Origin: Candidatus Liptonbacteria bacterium | GTDB taxonomy: Bacteria > Patescibacteriota > Minisyncoccia > UBA6257 > 2-01-FULL-56-20 | DNA: 64,000 bases | Assembly: GCA_023244895.1 (NCBI GenBank) | Contig: JAHFLL010000001.1 | Location: 553,802-617,801, forward strand | Reading direction: 5' to 3' | Shown here: one piece after another, positions 26,640-35,929 of the stretch | How the letters are laid out: each line of letters starts with the position of its first letter | How positions within the stretch are numbered: position 1 is the first letter of the stretch | The notes under the pieces: model-generated | Database searches by the model: none | Seen by the model: only the letters and a program-made list of their open reading frames with translations | What the model was told of the DNA's origin: nothing | Translations under genes and position numbers: made by a program

Positions 26640-27917
26640 ATGCTTTCAAAACTAAATCGGATCGGTGGACCCCTGTTGATAGTCTTGGCAGCCGCGCTGT
26701 GGGGCGTAGACGGTCTTCTGCGACGCAGTTTATACACCCTACCGTCTATAACTATTGTATTTTACGAACACCTGATCGGAGCGATTATCATCCTGCCCTT
26801 CTTTTGGCGAATCGCGAAAAAGGAATCTTTAAATAAAAAAGAGTGGAGCGCGATTCTGCTGGTCAGCCTGTTGAGCGGAGTGCTGGGCACCCTATTCTTT
26901 ACTCTCGCGCTCAAACAGATTAACTTCATCTCTTTCTCGGTCGTCTTCCTACTCCAAAAACTCCAGCCCATCTTCGCGATTACCGCCGGAGTTGTGGTGT
27001 TGCGCGAAAAAATAAATAAAAAATTTATACTTTGGGCGGGTCTGGCCTTGGCAACAGCCTACTTTATTACCTTCCCGAACGGCAAAGTCAATCTCGCCAC
27101 CGGATCCGGCACCATAACCGCCGCGCTCTTTGCGCTCGGGGCCGCTTTCGCCTGGGGTTCTTCCACTGCCTTTTCACGCTCCGCCCTACTTAAACACTCC
27201 CACACCCTTATAACTGGCTGGAGATTTATTCTCACGACCGGCTTGGGCCTTCTTTTTGTCTTGGGCATGGGACAATCCTCCAGCCTTCTAGGGGTCAGTT
27301 CTGGGCAGCTCGGCATGCTCTGCGTCATCGCAGTATCAACCGGTATGGTGGCCCTGTGGCTCTACTATCGCGGGCTTAAGTTCACCCAAACTAAAGTGGC
27401 TACCATCCTGGAATTAGCCTTTCCCCTGACCGGCATATTAATAGACTTGATAGTCTATAAAAATAGTCTGGCGCCTAGCCAATATTTGGCCGGGGCTTTT
27501 TTGGTCTTAATAATGCAACGCATCTCCAAACTAAACCGAGAAGTTGAGGGTTCGCGTTATCACGTAACAGTCATAACCGGCTATGGACGGGGCAAGCAAA
27601 TTAGTTTCCCTACCTTAAACCTCGCCATACCCAATAACTTCCCGCACCATCACGGTATATACGCAGGAAGGGTTTCTTGGGAAAAGAACTCCTATCCCGC
27701 CGCGATACACTATGGCCCCATACCAACGTTCAACGACGATAAACCCAGCCTGGAAGCTTTTGTGCTTGACCAAAACATAGCAAGCGCGCCCGAAGAGATA
27801 GATCTGGAACTGGTCAACTTCCTGCGCCCGGTCCAGAGATACGAGAATCCAATGGAACTGCGGGAACAGATACGGAAGGACGTAGAGGAGACTAAGAAGG
27901 TCTTAGGCAGAAGATAA
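26640..27917 (+). CDS. EamA/DMT transporter fused to a C-terminal riboflavin kinase domain
   Basis: About 10 TM segments with EamA repeats (aa 1-~300), then GYGRGKQISFPTLNL, GIYAG, GPIPTF, LEAFVLD, FLRP..Y.....LREQI.KD. Confidence 0.85.
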   Translation: MLSKLNRIGGPLLIVLAAALWGVDGLLRRSLYTLPSITIVFYEHLIGAIIILPFFWRIAKKESLNKKEWSAILLVSLLSGVLGTLFFTLALKQINFISFSVVFLLQKLQPIFAITAGVVVLREKINKKFILWAGLALATAYFITFPNGKVNLATGSGTITAALFALGAAFAWGSSTAFSRSALLKHSHTLITGWRFILTTGLGLLFVLGMGQSSSLLGVSSGQLGMLCVIAVSTGMVALWLYYRGLKFTQTKVATILELAFPLTGILIDLIVYKNSLAPSQYLAGAFLVLIMQRISKLNREVEGSRYHVTVITGYGRGKQISFPTLNLAIPNNFPHHHGIYAGRVSWEKNSYPAAIHYGPIPTFNDDKPSLEAFVLDQNIASAPEEIDLELVNFLRPVQRYENPMELREQIRKDVEETKKVLGRR

Positions 27918-27919
27918 AA

Positions 27920-28072
27920 CTACTCTACCTCTTCTGCGTCGCCTTCCGCGGATTCCTCGTGGTGAAGCACTTTTAGAATTGAACCGCAACGCTGGTGACG
28001 CTTATTGATATTGGGTATCTTATTATCGGTCAGGAAATCCTCGCACTTAGAACAATAGTATTTTGTTTTCAT
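27920..28072 (-). CDS. Small zinc-ribbon-like protein, 50 aa
   Basis: YYCSKC...HQRCG, acidic tail, GGAGG SD upstream. Confidence 0.55.
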   Translation of the reverse strand: MKTKYYCSKCEDFLTDNKIPNINKRHQRCGSILKVLHHEESAEGDAEEVE

Positions 28073-28230
28073 ATGATTTGTATCCTCCGCTGATCCTGCT
28101 TGGAGCATGACCCCCACATTATAACCCAAAGGTGACTATTAAATTATCCCCAAATTCTTTGCTTTTTTACCATATTAACCAGATACATAAATATGTGCGC
28201 AGAGCGAGTAATGGTGCTAAAATTTAGACC

Positions 28231-29295
28231 ATGGAATTAACCCTTTTGGTCGTTCTGGTCGTGGTCGCCGTTGGTGGATTTAGCTTGATATTTATATTTC
28301 TTAAAAATAACCGCGACGGTAAACCCCAAGACCAGTCCCTACTCTTACTCCAGAACCAGCTCCAAGAGCTAAACCGCACACTGGACCAGAAATTAGGAGA
28401 GTCAACCAAGATGTTTCAGGCTCAGTTTGGCGAATCCGCCAAAATAATCCGGAACGTGACCGAAAAGCTGACCATGGTGGAGGAAACCGGCCGTCAGGTT
28501 ATAAATCTAGGCGACAACATTCGCGCGCTGGAAGACGTACTTAAAAATCCCAAGCAGCGCGGCATTTTGGGGGAATACTACCTAGAGACCCTGCTCAAAA
28601 ATGTTCTCCCACCGGGAAGCTTTGAGATGCAGTACCCTTTCGCGGATGGAACCATCGTAGATGCGGCAGTTTTTGTGGGCTCTGACAAAAATCGCAAAAT
28701 CATACCAATAGACTCAAAATTTTCTTTGGAAAACTATAATCGCTTGGCGGAAGAGAAAGATCCAGCCGAACGAGAAAAACTGGAGCGCATTTTTAAATCT
28801 GACTTAAAAAGCAGAATTGACGAGACCTCTAAATACGTCAAGCCAGAAGAGAATACCATGGACTTCGCATTTATGTTCATACCTCACGAGGCGATTTATT
28901 ATGACCTCCTGGTGGCACAGGTTGGAGCGGTTAAGGTTAATACCCAGGATCTAATAGAATATGCCTTCAAAGACAAGCACGTTATCATCGTATCCCCCAC
29001 CTCTTTTTTGGCCTATCTCCAGACGGTCTTACAGGGTTTGCGGGCGCTAAAGATTGAGGAATCCGCGAAGGAAATCCGTAAAAACATTGAGGCTCTCTCC
29101 AAGCATCTCGCCTCCTATGACTCTTATATGCAGAAGATGGGTGGACACCTAGCTACCACCGTAAATGCCTATAACACCTCCTACAAGGAGTTTAAGAAGG
29201 TAGACAAGGATATTTTGCGCATTACCGGGGAAGCGATGGAAATCGAGCCCTTGTTGGTCTCTGGTCCGCAGAGAGAAGATATTGAAGAGAATTAA
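28231..29295 (+). CDS. rmuC: DNA recombination protein RmuC
   Basis: N-terminal TM, coiled coil, PKQRGILGE, IDSKF, FMFIPHE, VSPT. Confidence 0.93.
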   Translation: MELTLLVVLVVVAVGGFSLIFIFLKNNRDGKPQDQSLLLLQNQLQELNRTLDQKLGESTKMFQAQFGESAKIIRNVTEKLTMVEETGRQVINLGDNIRALEDVLKNPKQRGILGEYYLETLLKNVLPPGSFEMQYPFADGTIVDAAVFVGSDKNRKIIPIDSKFSLENYNRLAEEKDPAEREKLERIFKSDLKSRIDETSKYVKPEENTMDFAFMFIPHEAIYYDLLVAQVGAVKVNTQDLIEYAFKDKHVIIVSPTSFLAYLQTVLQGLRALKIEESAKEIRKNIEALSKHLASYDSYMQKMGGHLATTVNAYNTSYKEFKKVDKDILRITGEAMEIEPLLVSGPQREDIEEN

Positions 29296-29320
29296 GAATT
29301 AGGAATTGACAGAATAATTC

Positions 29321-30580
29321 CTATTTTTTCTTCCTTCTTAAAAACGTCGGGATATCCCAAACATCACTGTCGGTTTTTTTGGTTGGCAACTGCTTATTCT
29401 TGTCGGATCTCTGTTCCGTCTGGTCTTCCACTGAATTAGATTTGGGAGAATTTCGCTCGCCTGCCTCCGCCTTTTCTTCGGTCGCTTTTTGCTTTAAATC
29501 CTCAAAGGTCTGATAGGCGGAAGCTTTCTGAACACTTAAGAAGGGCTGTTTTCCGTCCAAGCCAAGCCCCTGGCCGAACAAGGAGTTGCTTTGGCTGTTC
29601 TGCTGGAAGCCGGTGGCTATTAAGGTAATTTTGAGCTGTCCCGGCCGCAGATGCTTATCGTGGTAGGCTCCGAATATTATTTTCGCGCCCGGATCCACGG
29701 TCTGAGCCACAATCTTCGCGGCATCGTTTATCTCGGTCATCTTTAGGTCTCGCCCACCCGAGATACCCAAAAGTACGCCATGCGCGCCCTCGGGATTGAC
29801 CTCTAAAAGCGGAGAGTTGAGTGCTTGATTTACCGCGTTGACTGCCCTCTCTTGTCCACTTGCCACGCCAATACCTACAATGGCCGAACCCGCGTCCTGA
29901 ATGACCGTGCGTACATCCGCGAAATCCACATTGATTATGCCCGGGGTGACAATAAATTCCACAAGTCCCCGCAGGGCCGTTTTCATGACATCATCAATCG
30001 CTTCAAAAGCCTTAAGCACGGAAGTGTCTTTGCCGATTACGGTAAAGATGCGATCGTTCGGCACCACTATCAAGGCATCCACCTTATCCTTAAGCTTTAA
30101 AATTCCATCTTCCGCAATGCGCTGGCGCTGAGAACCTTCAAAGGCAAAGGGCTTAGTCACAAAGGCCAAAGTTAGGGCGCCGGCCTGTTTAGACGCCTCC
30201 GCGACTATGGGAGACACCCCCGTGCCCGTACCTCCGCCGAACCCGGCGGTGATAAAAACTATATCTGCGTCCTTGACCGCTTCCGCTATCTCGGAACGGT
30301 TCTCTTCCGCAGCCTGCCGACCCAATTCCGGATTCATACCCGTGCCCAAACCCCGGGTCAGATTCTTGCCGATATAAATCTTCTTACGCACATCACAGTA
30401 ATCCAAATCTTGATGGTCGGTATTGATAGCAATAAACTCCACTCCCCGCGTAAAATCCTTACTCATACGCGAAACCGCATTACCCCCGCCTCCACCCACA
30501 CCCACCACCTTTATGCGGGCTATCGGGGAATTAGAAAATTCCCGGGCAGGATTTTTTGTCTTACGCTTGGATTTTTTCAT
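29321..30580 (-). CDS. ftsZ: Cell division protein FtsZ
   Basis: GVGGGGGNAV, GGGTGTG, NVDFADV, C-terminal DIPTFLR. Confidence 0.98.
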   Translation of the reverse strand: MKKSKRKTKNPAREFSNSPIARIKVVGVGGGGGNAVSRMSKDFTRGVEFIAINTDHQDLDYCDVRKKIYIGKNLTRGLGTGMNPELGRQAAEENRSEIAEAVKDADIVFITAGFGGGTGTGVSPIVAEASKQAGALTLAFVTKPFAFEGSQRQRIAEDGILKLKDKVDALIVVPNDRIFTVIGKDTSVLKAFEAIDDVMKTALRGLVEFIVTPGIINVDFADVRTVIQDAGSAIVGIGVASGQERAVNAVNQALNSPLLEVNPEGAHGVLLGISGGRDLKMTEINDAAKIVAQTVDPGAKIIFGAYHDKHLRPGQLKITLIATGFQQNSQSNSLFGQGLGLDGKQPFLSVQKASAYQTFEDLKQKATEEKAEAGERNSPKSNSVEDQTEQRSDKNKQLPTKKTDSDVWDIPTFLRRKKK

Positions 30581-30581
30581 A

Positions 30582-31814
30582 TTATGGTTGGAAATATTTA
30601 AACAGTCGGCGCATGGACCAGGAGCTTTCTTTTTCCCTGCCCAGCCAACCCTCCTTCTCCGCGCCAGAGAGGACTAGTCCCAGCACGGTAGCGAATTCGG
30701 GGTCTTCTAGCGCCTCCATAAAGCCGTCGCCCGCCCACTCTTCCGTTGAAGCGCAGCCGATTTGAGCAGACAACTTAAGGGTATTTTTGGCCAGTTCCGT
30801 TATGCCCGGCAACTTGGCTCCCCCGCCAGTCAAGACCACTCCCCCCGCCAGTTTGCCCGCTTTCTTCAAAACACGCAACTCATTATTCACAAATTCAAAT
30901 ATTTCAGCAAGACGGGTCTCTGCTATCTCCGCGATAAAACGGCGCGACACAGAACCCTTAGCGTCCGGTACAAATTTGCGCATATCAACAGACTCTTTGG
31001 CGTTTACATCGCCGGAGACAGCATAGGCGTAATTAAGCTTAACGTTTTCCGCCGCCCCGACCGGAATTTTCAAAACTACCGCCAAGTCGTTCGTAACATT
31101 GCTCGCGCCTACTGGGAAAACGGCGGTGCCGGTCAATTTGTTCTCTTCATAAACCGACATGCTGGTAGTACCAAAGCCAAGATCAACCAAGAGCACTCCC
31201 AGGTCTTTTTGACGCTTGCTTAAAACCGCGCGCGCGGAGGCGAGCGGGTCTAGGAACATGCCCGCGTATTGACCCCCCGCCAATTCTATCGCACGCATAA
31301 CACTTTTTATGTGGGGAGCGAAAGCGTCCACGATAACGCTTGATACTTCCAAGCGACTACCGCCCAGTCCAACCGGATCATAAACATCCGGCACTCCGTC
31401 CAGAATGTATTCCCGGGTGATATTGTGGACTATCATACGGTTAGCGGAAAGGTTAATTGCCTGACTCAATTGAATAACCCGATCCACATCGTCCTGATAT
31501 ATTTCGCTATCGGAGCGAGAAATAGCTACGATGCCCTTGGACAACTGGGCTTTCATTTGATGAGTACCAATATTCACATATATTTTTTTGAGGGAAGCGC
31601 GAGATACCTTCTTTGCTTCAAAAAGGGCCTTGGCTACCGCGGAAGATGCCTCCGCCAGATCCACCACCGCGCCCTTGCGCAAGCCCGCGGAAGGTTGCTT
31701 GAAAACCGAGATTAAGGCGGGCTTGCCCTCTCTATTTTCCGCGATAGCCACCTTTATCTCGGAAGTTCCGATGTCTAGTCCTAATATATTTTGCGCTCCT
31801 AGCTTAAGTTTCAT
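30582..31814 (-). CDS. ftsA: Cell division protein FtsA
   Basis: GLDIGTS, VDLGFGTT, VLTGGGAKL; immediately upstream of ftsZ. Confidence 0.96.
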   Translation of the reverse strand: MKLKLGAQNILGLDIGTSEIKVAIAENREGKPALISVFKQPSAGLRKGAVVDLAEASSAVAKALFEAKKVSRASLKKIYVNIGTHQMKAQLSKGIVAISRSDSEIYQDDVDRVIQLSQAINLSANRMIVHNITREYILDGVPDVYDPVGLGGSRLEVSSVIVDAFAPHIKSVMRAIELAGGQYAGMFLDPLASARAVLSKRQKDLGVLLVDLGFGTTSMSVYEENKLTGTAVFPVGASNVTNDLAVVLKIPVGAAENVKLNYAYAVSGDVNAKESVDMRKFVPDAKGSVSRRFIAEIAETRLAEIFEFVNNELRVLKKAGKLAGGVVLTGGGAKLPGITELAKNTLKLSAQIGCASTEEWAGDGFMEALEDPEFATVLGLVLSGAEKEGWLGREKESSWSMRRLFKYFQP

Positions 31815-31818
31815 AAAT

Positions 31819-32244
31819 TTATCCCTCCTGCCAGCCCATCTTTTTTAATACCATTAATTCTATTTTACGCATCTCTATATTATCACTTTTACGGATATGG
31901 TCATAGCCCAAAAGATGAAGCAGGCCGTGCAGTAAAAGATAACGGGCCCGGACTGGATCTCGGGCGACAATAGTCTTATTTATAAATATTTCACCTAGAG
32001 AAACCTTGTCACTTTCCGGATGGGGAAAACTTTCTTTTTCCGGAAAAGACAGCACGTCTACTATGGCCGCGTCCTTTTTAAGATATTTTTTCTTTAGGCG
32101 CCGCAGCTCCGCATTGGGCAAAAAACTAACACTCACTCGCCCGCGGCGCAATTTTAAGGTAATTACTCTTCTGCCGTAAAGATAATTTAAAATACCGCGA
32201 ACCAGGGATTCGCAGTCTTTTAGGGTAAGCGTGGCCTTCGCCAT
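31819..32244 (-). CDS. ybeY: rRNA maturation endoribonuclease YbeY
   Basis: DVLSF and HGLLHLLGYDH motifs. Confidence 0.93.
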   Translation of the reverse strand: MAKATLTLKDCESLVRGILNYLYGRRVITLKLRRGRVSVSFLPNAELRRLKKKYLKKDAAIVDVLSFPEKESFPHPESDKVSLGEIFINKTIVARDPVRARYLLLHGLLHLLGYDHIRKSDNIEMRKIELMVLKKMGWQEG

Positions 32245-32251
32245 TCTCTGT

Positions 32252-32686
32252 TTAAGAAGATATGACCTTTTTGACTATTAGGGAAAGCTCTTTACCATCC
32301 ACTCGTTCGCCTAGCTTCTCTTTTGCGAGGCGCATAACCTGGCCGAAGTCCTTCTCGCCCGAAGCGGCAATTTCTTTAACCGCAGATTCCACTTCCGCCA
32401 TGGATAGTGGCGGTGGAAGATATTCCGCGATAATGCCTATCTCTGCCGTCTCTTTTGCGGCCAATTCTGGACGATTGCCCTGTTCGTATAGCGCAACTGC
32501 CTCTTTTCTCTTTTTTATTTCTTTTTGTAAAATCTGCTCCACCTCTGCCTCTTCCAACTCACGCCGCAATTCTATCTTACGGTTTTGGAGCTGAGCCAAA
32601 ACCAGACGCAAGGTTGAGAGTCGCTCCGCGGCGGAGGCCTTTTGGGCTGATTTTATGTCCGATTCTATCCTCTCTAGAAGCGCCAT
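32252..32686 (-). CDS. GatB/YqeY domain protein
   Basis: EIKKRKE...GNRPELAAKE..E...I..YLP pattern. Confidence 0.9.
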   Translation of the reverse strand: MALLERIESDIKSAQKASAAERLSTLRLVLAQLQNRKIELRRELEEAEVEQILQKEIKKRKEAVALYEQGNRPELAAKETAEIGIIAEYLPPPLSMAEVESAVKEIAASGEKDFGQVMRLAKEKLGERVDGKELSLIVKKVISS

Positions 32687-32898
32687 TATATCGTTCCCAG
32701 CTTTTTCATACGTGTCACTTCACTCTTCTTCTTGGTCCGATAAATAGCGGATAGGCGGCGCTTAAGGCGATTAACGTTGCGACCCTTAAAGCGACGCTTG
32801 CGCACTTCCGCTAAAACTCCGCTCTGCCGAACTTTCTTAGTAAAACGGAAGTGGGCGGACAGGGGCGGTTCTCCTTCTTTCTTTTTTATTTCAATCAT
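32686..32898 (-). CDS. rpsU: 30S ribosomal protein S21
   Basis: KEGE...RFTKKVRQSGVLAEVRKRRF; upstream of yqeY. Confidence 0.85.
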   Translation of the reverse strand: MIEIKKKEGEPPLSAHFRFTKKVRQSGVLAEVRKRRFKGRNVNRLKRRLSAIYRTKKKSEVTRMKKLGTI

Positions 32899-32902
32899 TT
32901 AT

Positions 32903-33319
32903 TTAATTTATTTTTAATTTTTCTTTAATTACGGAAAGTTCTTCTTTGGGGGGACTACCTACTACGGACTGCACCGACCCTCCCCCGTCCCCTTTCCACC
33001 GGGGCAAAAGATGGACATGGAGATGCGGCACAACCTGGCCACTCGCCTCCCCCTGATTCATACCTATCGTTATACCGTCTGGCCCTAGAACTTCACGTAT
33101 CCTTAGGGCGACCTTTTTAACAGTGGTGAAGAGTGGCCCTATCTCTTCTTCCGGTAAATCGGCCAAAACCGGAACGTGAACCTTGGGAATAACCATGACG
33201 TGACCGGTCGCACGGGGCATTATGTCTAGGAACGCCAAAGTTTTGTCATCCTCGTAAATAGACAAGGAAGGTATCTCTTTGGCTACTATCCGGCAGAATA
33301 CGCAATCGGGCTCAGACAT
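32903..33319 (-). CDS. HIT family nucleotide hydrolase
   Basis: DCVFC and HLHVHLL histidine triad. Confidence 0.95.
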   Translation of the reverse strand: MSEPDCVFCRIVAKEIPSLSIYEDDKTLAFLDIMPRATGHVMVIPKVHVPVLADLPEEEIGPLFTTVKKVALRIREVLGPDGITIGMNQGEASGQVVPHLHVHLLPRWKGDGGGSVQSVVGSPPKEELSVIKEKLKIN

Positions 33320-33323
33320 GGCT

Positions 33324-34646
33324 CTACTGGGCTCGTAAACGCTTCCTTATTTCCTCGACTAGCTTAGACAAAGTTACGGTTTCCTGCAAGCTATTCCGCA
33401 AGTCCCGCACAATGATGCTTTCCTCAAAAAGCTCGCGCTGACCCAAAATCAAGGCGAGGTCTATGCCCTCCTTATCGGCGGTTTTGAGCTGAGCCTTGAG
33501 GGAGTCCCTGCCCAAAGATTCCGCCACCGATATTCCAGCGGAGCGCAAGGTCTCAATAATGCGCAGGGATTTCTTTTTGGCCATTTCACCCACATGAATA
33601 AAGAACACCTTCTTGGGCAACTTCTGGGGAGGCTTAACTTCTTGAGACTTCATAACATACATTAGCCTTTCAATGGAACAAGCTCCGCCCGTAGCCGGCG
33701 TGACTCTGCCGCCCAGAGATTCCATCAAATAATCGTATCTTCCCCCACCCGCAATCGCTCCCGCTTCTGAACCATTTCCTTCGGTAAAAAACTCAAAGAC
33801 CGTGCGGCTATAGTAGTCCAAGCCCCGCACCAAGAGATTGTCCAGCTGATACGCGATCCCCATCTCATCCAGGTATTCCAACACTCCCTTGAGGTGAGAG
33901 GTGCAGGACGCGCATAGTTTGTCTAAGATGCTGGGCGCCTTGGCCTTGAACTCCTGACACTCCTCTTTCTTGCAGTCCAGAAGGCGCAAGGGATTGGTTT
34001 TTAGGCGACGCACGCAATCAGAGCAGAGCTTCTTTTCAAAGTTCTTGTAGTAATTCTGCAACTGCCTCTTATAGAGTGGGCGGCAAACTTTGCAACCGAT
34101 GGAATTCATGCGCAAGACAACATTTTTTATCTTCAACTCGTCTATCAGACGGTTAAAGTAAATTATGACTTGTGCGTCGTAGATAGGATCATTCTGGCCT
34201 CCAATCACCTCCATATTAATCTGGGTGAACTGGCGCAATCTGCCCGCCTGAGGATTGTCGTGCCGAAACACGGGTCCAATAGAATAAAGCTTTTGAGGCT
34301 GGCCCAAGCGACTTAGAGAGTGCTGGACATAAGCCCGCATTATCCCGGGCGTAAACTCCGGACGGAGCGCAAGCGTGTCGCCGCTCTTGGTTTTCAGAAT
34401 ATACATTTCCTTCTGAACTATGTCTGTATCCGCGCCCGTACCTTTTTCGTAAAGCTTCAAAAACTCCATAACGGGAGTGTCTAGGCGATTGAAACAATAA
34501 AACTCTGCCAAATCTTTCGCGGCCTTACTGATCTTCTCCCACCAAAGATAATCCGCGGGTAGAACATCGTGCATGCCCTTGGGGGTTTGTAAACCATGCG
34601 ATTCTTCTTTACGTTTTTTCTCTTTATTCTTTTTGTTTTTAGGCAT
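33324..34646 (-). CDS. hisS: Histidine--tRNA ligase
   Basis: PKGMHD, LRPEFT, LVRGLDYY, GGGRYD. Confidence 0.97.
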   Translation of the reverse strand: MPKNKKNKEKKRKEESHGLQTPKGMHDVLPADYLWWEKISKAAKDLAEFYCFNRLDTPVMEFLKLYEKGTGADTDIVQKEMYILKTKSGDTLALRPEFTPGIMRAYVQHSLSRLGQPQKLYSIGPVFRHDNPQAGRLRQFTQINMEVIGGQNDPIYDAQVIIYFNRLIDELKIKNVVLRMNSIGCKVCRPLYKRQLQNYYKNFEKKLCSDCVRRLKTNPLRLLDCKKEECQEFKAKAPSILDKLCASCTSHLKGVLEYLDEMGIAYQLDNLLVRGLDYYSRTVFEFFTEGNGSEAGAIAGGGRYDYLMESLGGRVTPATGGACSIERLMYVMKSQEVKPPQKLPKKVFFIHVGEMAKKKSLRIIETLRSAGISVAESLGRDSLKAQLKTADKEGIDLALILGQRELFEESIIVRDLRNSLQETVTLSKLVEEIRKRLRAQ

Positions 34647-34777
34647 CCCCGTAAAAAATTAAATATTTTTCGTTATTGTGATTGGCGACATTTTATTTAG
34701 CAACATCCGATCCTTTGAGCTCCCCGGTTTCATCATGGAGAAAACATTTTCTCCACGCTCCTCACGGGACATATTTA

Positions 34778-35362
34778 TTATTGATAGCTTGGAGCCGCGA
34801 AAACTTGCAGGCCCTTTGGTGGCCAGAGTCGGAACCGAGCCGTACCCACAATCCAGTCCCGATGCACTACTCCCCAATCCCGAGAATCGTAGCTATAAGA
34901 ACGATTGTCTCCCAACGCCAAGTACTCCCCTTCGCCCATAGTGAACCTGGTCTGCCCCCCAGGGCGCACCAAGGTCTCTCGACCCCTAGGCAGATAATCT
35001 TCCGCCAAAACCAACGCATCCGAGGATCCCCCGCTATAAACAAAAATCTTACCGTCTCTTATCTCCACCCTTTCTCCCGGGAGTCCTATAACACGCTTGA
35101 TATAATAAACATTAGACGCCTGCTCGCCCGCACCCTGGTTAAACCTAAAGACTATTACCTCGCCTCTTTTGGGCTCGCGAATATAATAACTTAGCTCGTC
35201 CACCAGAAGATAATCCCCGTCCGAAAAATTTGGCGACATGCTCGCGCCCTGCACTAAAAACGGCTGCACCAAAAAAGTCCTAATAATGAAAACCAGACCC
35301 AGAGCCACAAAGGCCACCTCCAGGACGTCTAAGGCGGAAACGAAGAATTGTCTCATTGCCAA
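34778..35362 (-). CDS. lepB: Signal peptidase I
   Basis: GASMSP, YIKRVIGLPG, GDNR..S.DSR. Confidence 0.95.
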   Translation of the reverse strand: MAMRQFFVSALDVLEVAFVALGLVFIIRTFLVQPFLVQGASMSPNFSDGDYLLVDELSYYIREPKRGEVIVFRFNQGAGEQASNVYYIKRVIGLPGERVEIRDGKIFVYSGGSSDALVLAEDYLPRGRETLVRPGGQTRFTMGEGEYLALGDNRSYSYDSRDWGVVHRDWIVGTARFRLWPPKGLQVFAAPSYQ

Positions 35363-35398
35363 TCAGTATATGTTATGGGTTATAATACAGTCAAGAAA

Positions 35399-35929
35399 AT
35401 GAGTGAATTTAAGGGCATTTTAGCCGGGCTGGGCAATCCCGGAGAAGAATACCGGGAAACCTACCACAACGTGGGCCTTCTCTTTTTGGACTTCCTAAAG
35501 GAGGCGCACGGCTGGCAAAGACCGGGGCGGAGGCCTTTTGAATACAGTCTTTTAAACAAAATAGTACTAGTACGCCCTTTAACCTATATGAATGAATCCG
35601 GACGGGCCCTGTCTTCTGCTTTAAGCTATTTTAAGGTCAAGCCCGAAAATCTGGTTATTGCCCAAGATGAATCGGACCTACCGCTGGGGGAGTATAAAAT
35701 ATCCAAAAATCGCGGGGCGGCGGGGCACAAGGGAATATTATCTGTTACTACAGAGCTGGGCGGGTCGGAGTTCGCGCGCATACGCATAGGCATACGCAAA
35801 ACCTCCGGCAAGGCCGGCGATTTCGTTTTGAAACAAATTACCAAAACGGACAAAGAGAAACTCTACTTGGCTTTCGGAGAGATTTTGAAACTGATAGAAA
35901 AAGACCAGTTGCCCTTCTCCGGATTCTGA
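35399..35929 (+). CDS. pth: Peptidyl-tRNA hydrolase
   Basis: GLGNPG..Y..T.HNVG, TYMNESG, GHKG, RIRIGI; start set at MSEFK. Confidence 0.93.
   Translation: MSEFKGILAGLGNPGEEYRETYHNVGLLFLDFLKEAHGWQRPGRRPFEYSLLNKIVLVRPLTYMNESGRALSSALSYFKVKPENLVIAQDESDLPLGEYKISKNRGAAGHKGILSVTTELGGSEFARIRIGIRKTSGKAGDFVLKQITKTDKEKLYLAFGEILKLIEKDQLPFSGF

Noticed and set aside
34700-34775. Hammerhead ribozyme or T-box upstream of hisS
   Set aside because: Core reads GUGAGGA rather than CUGANGA, stem III and the cleavage triplet do not form, and there is no T-box GGTGGNACC motif
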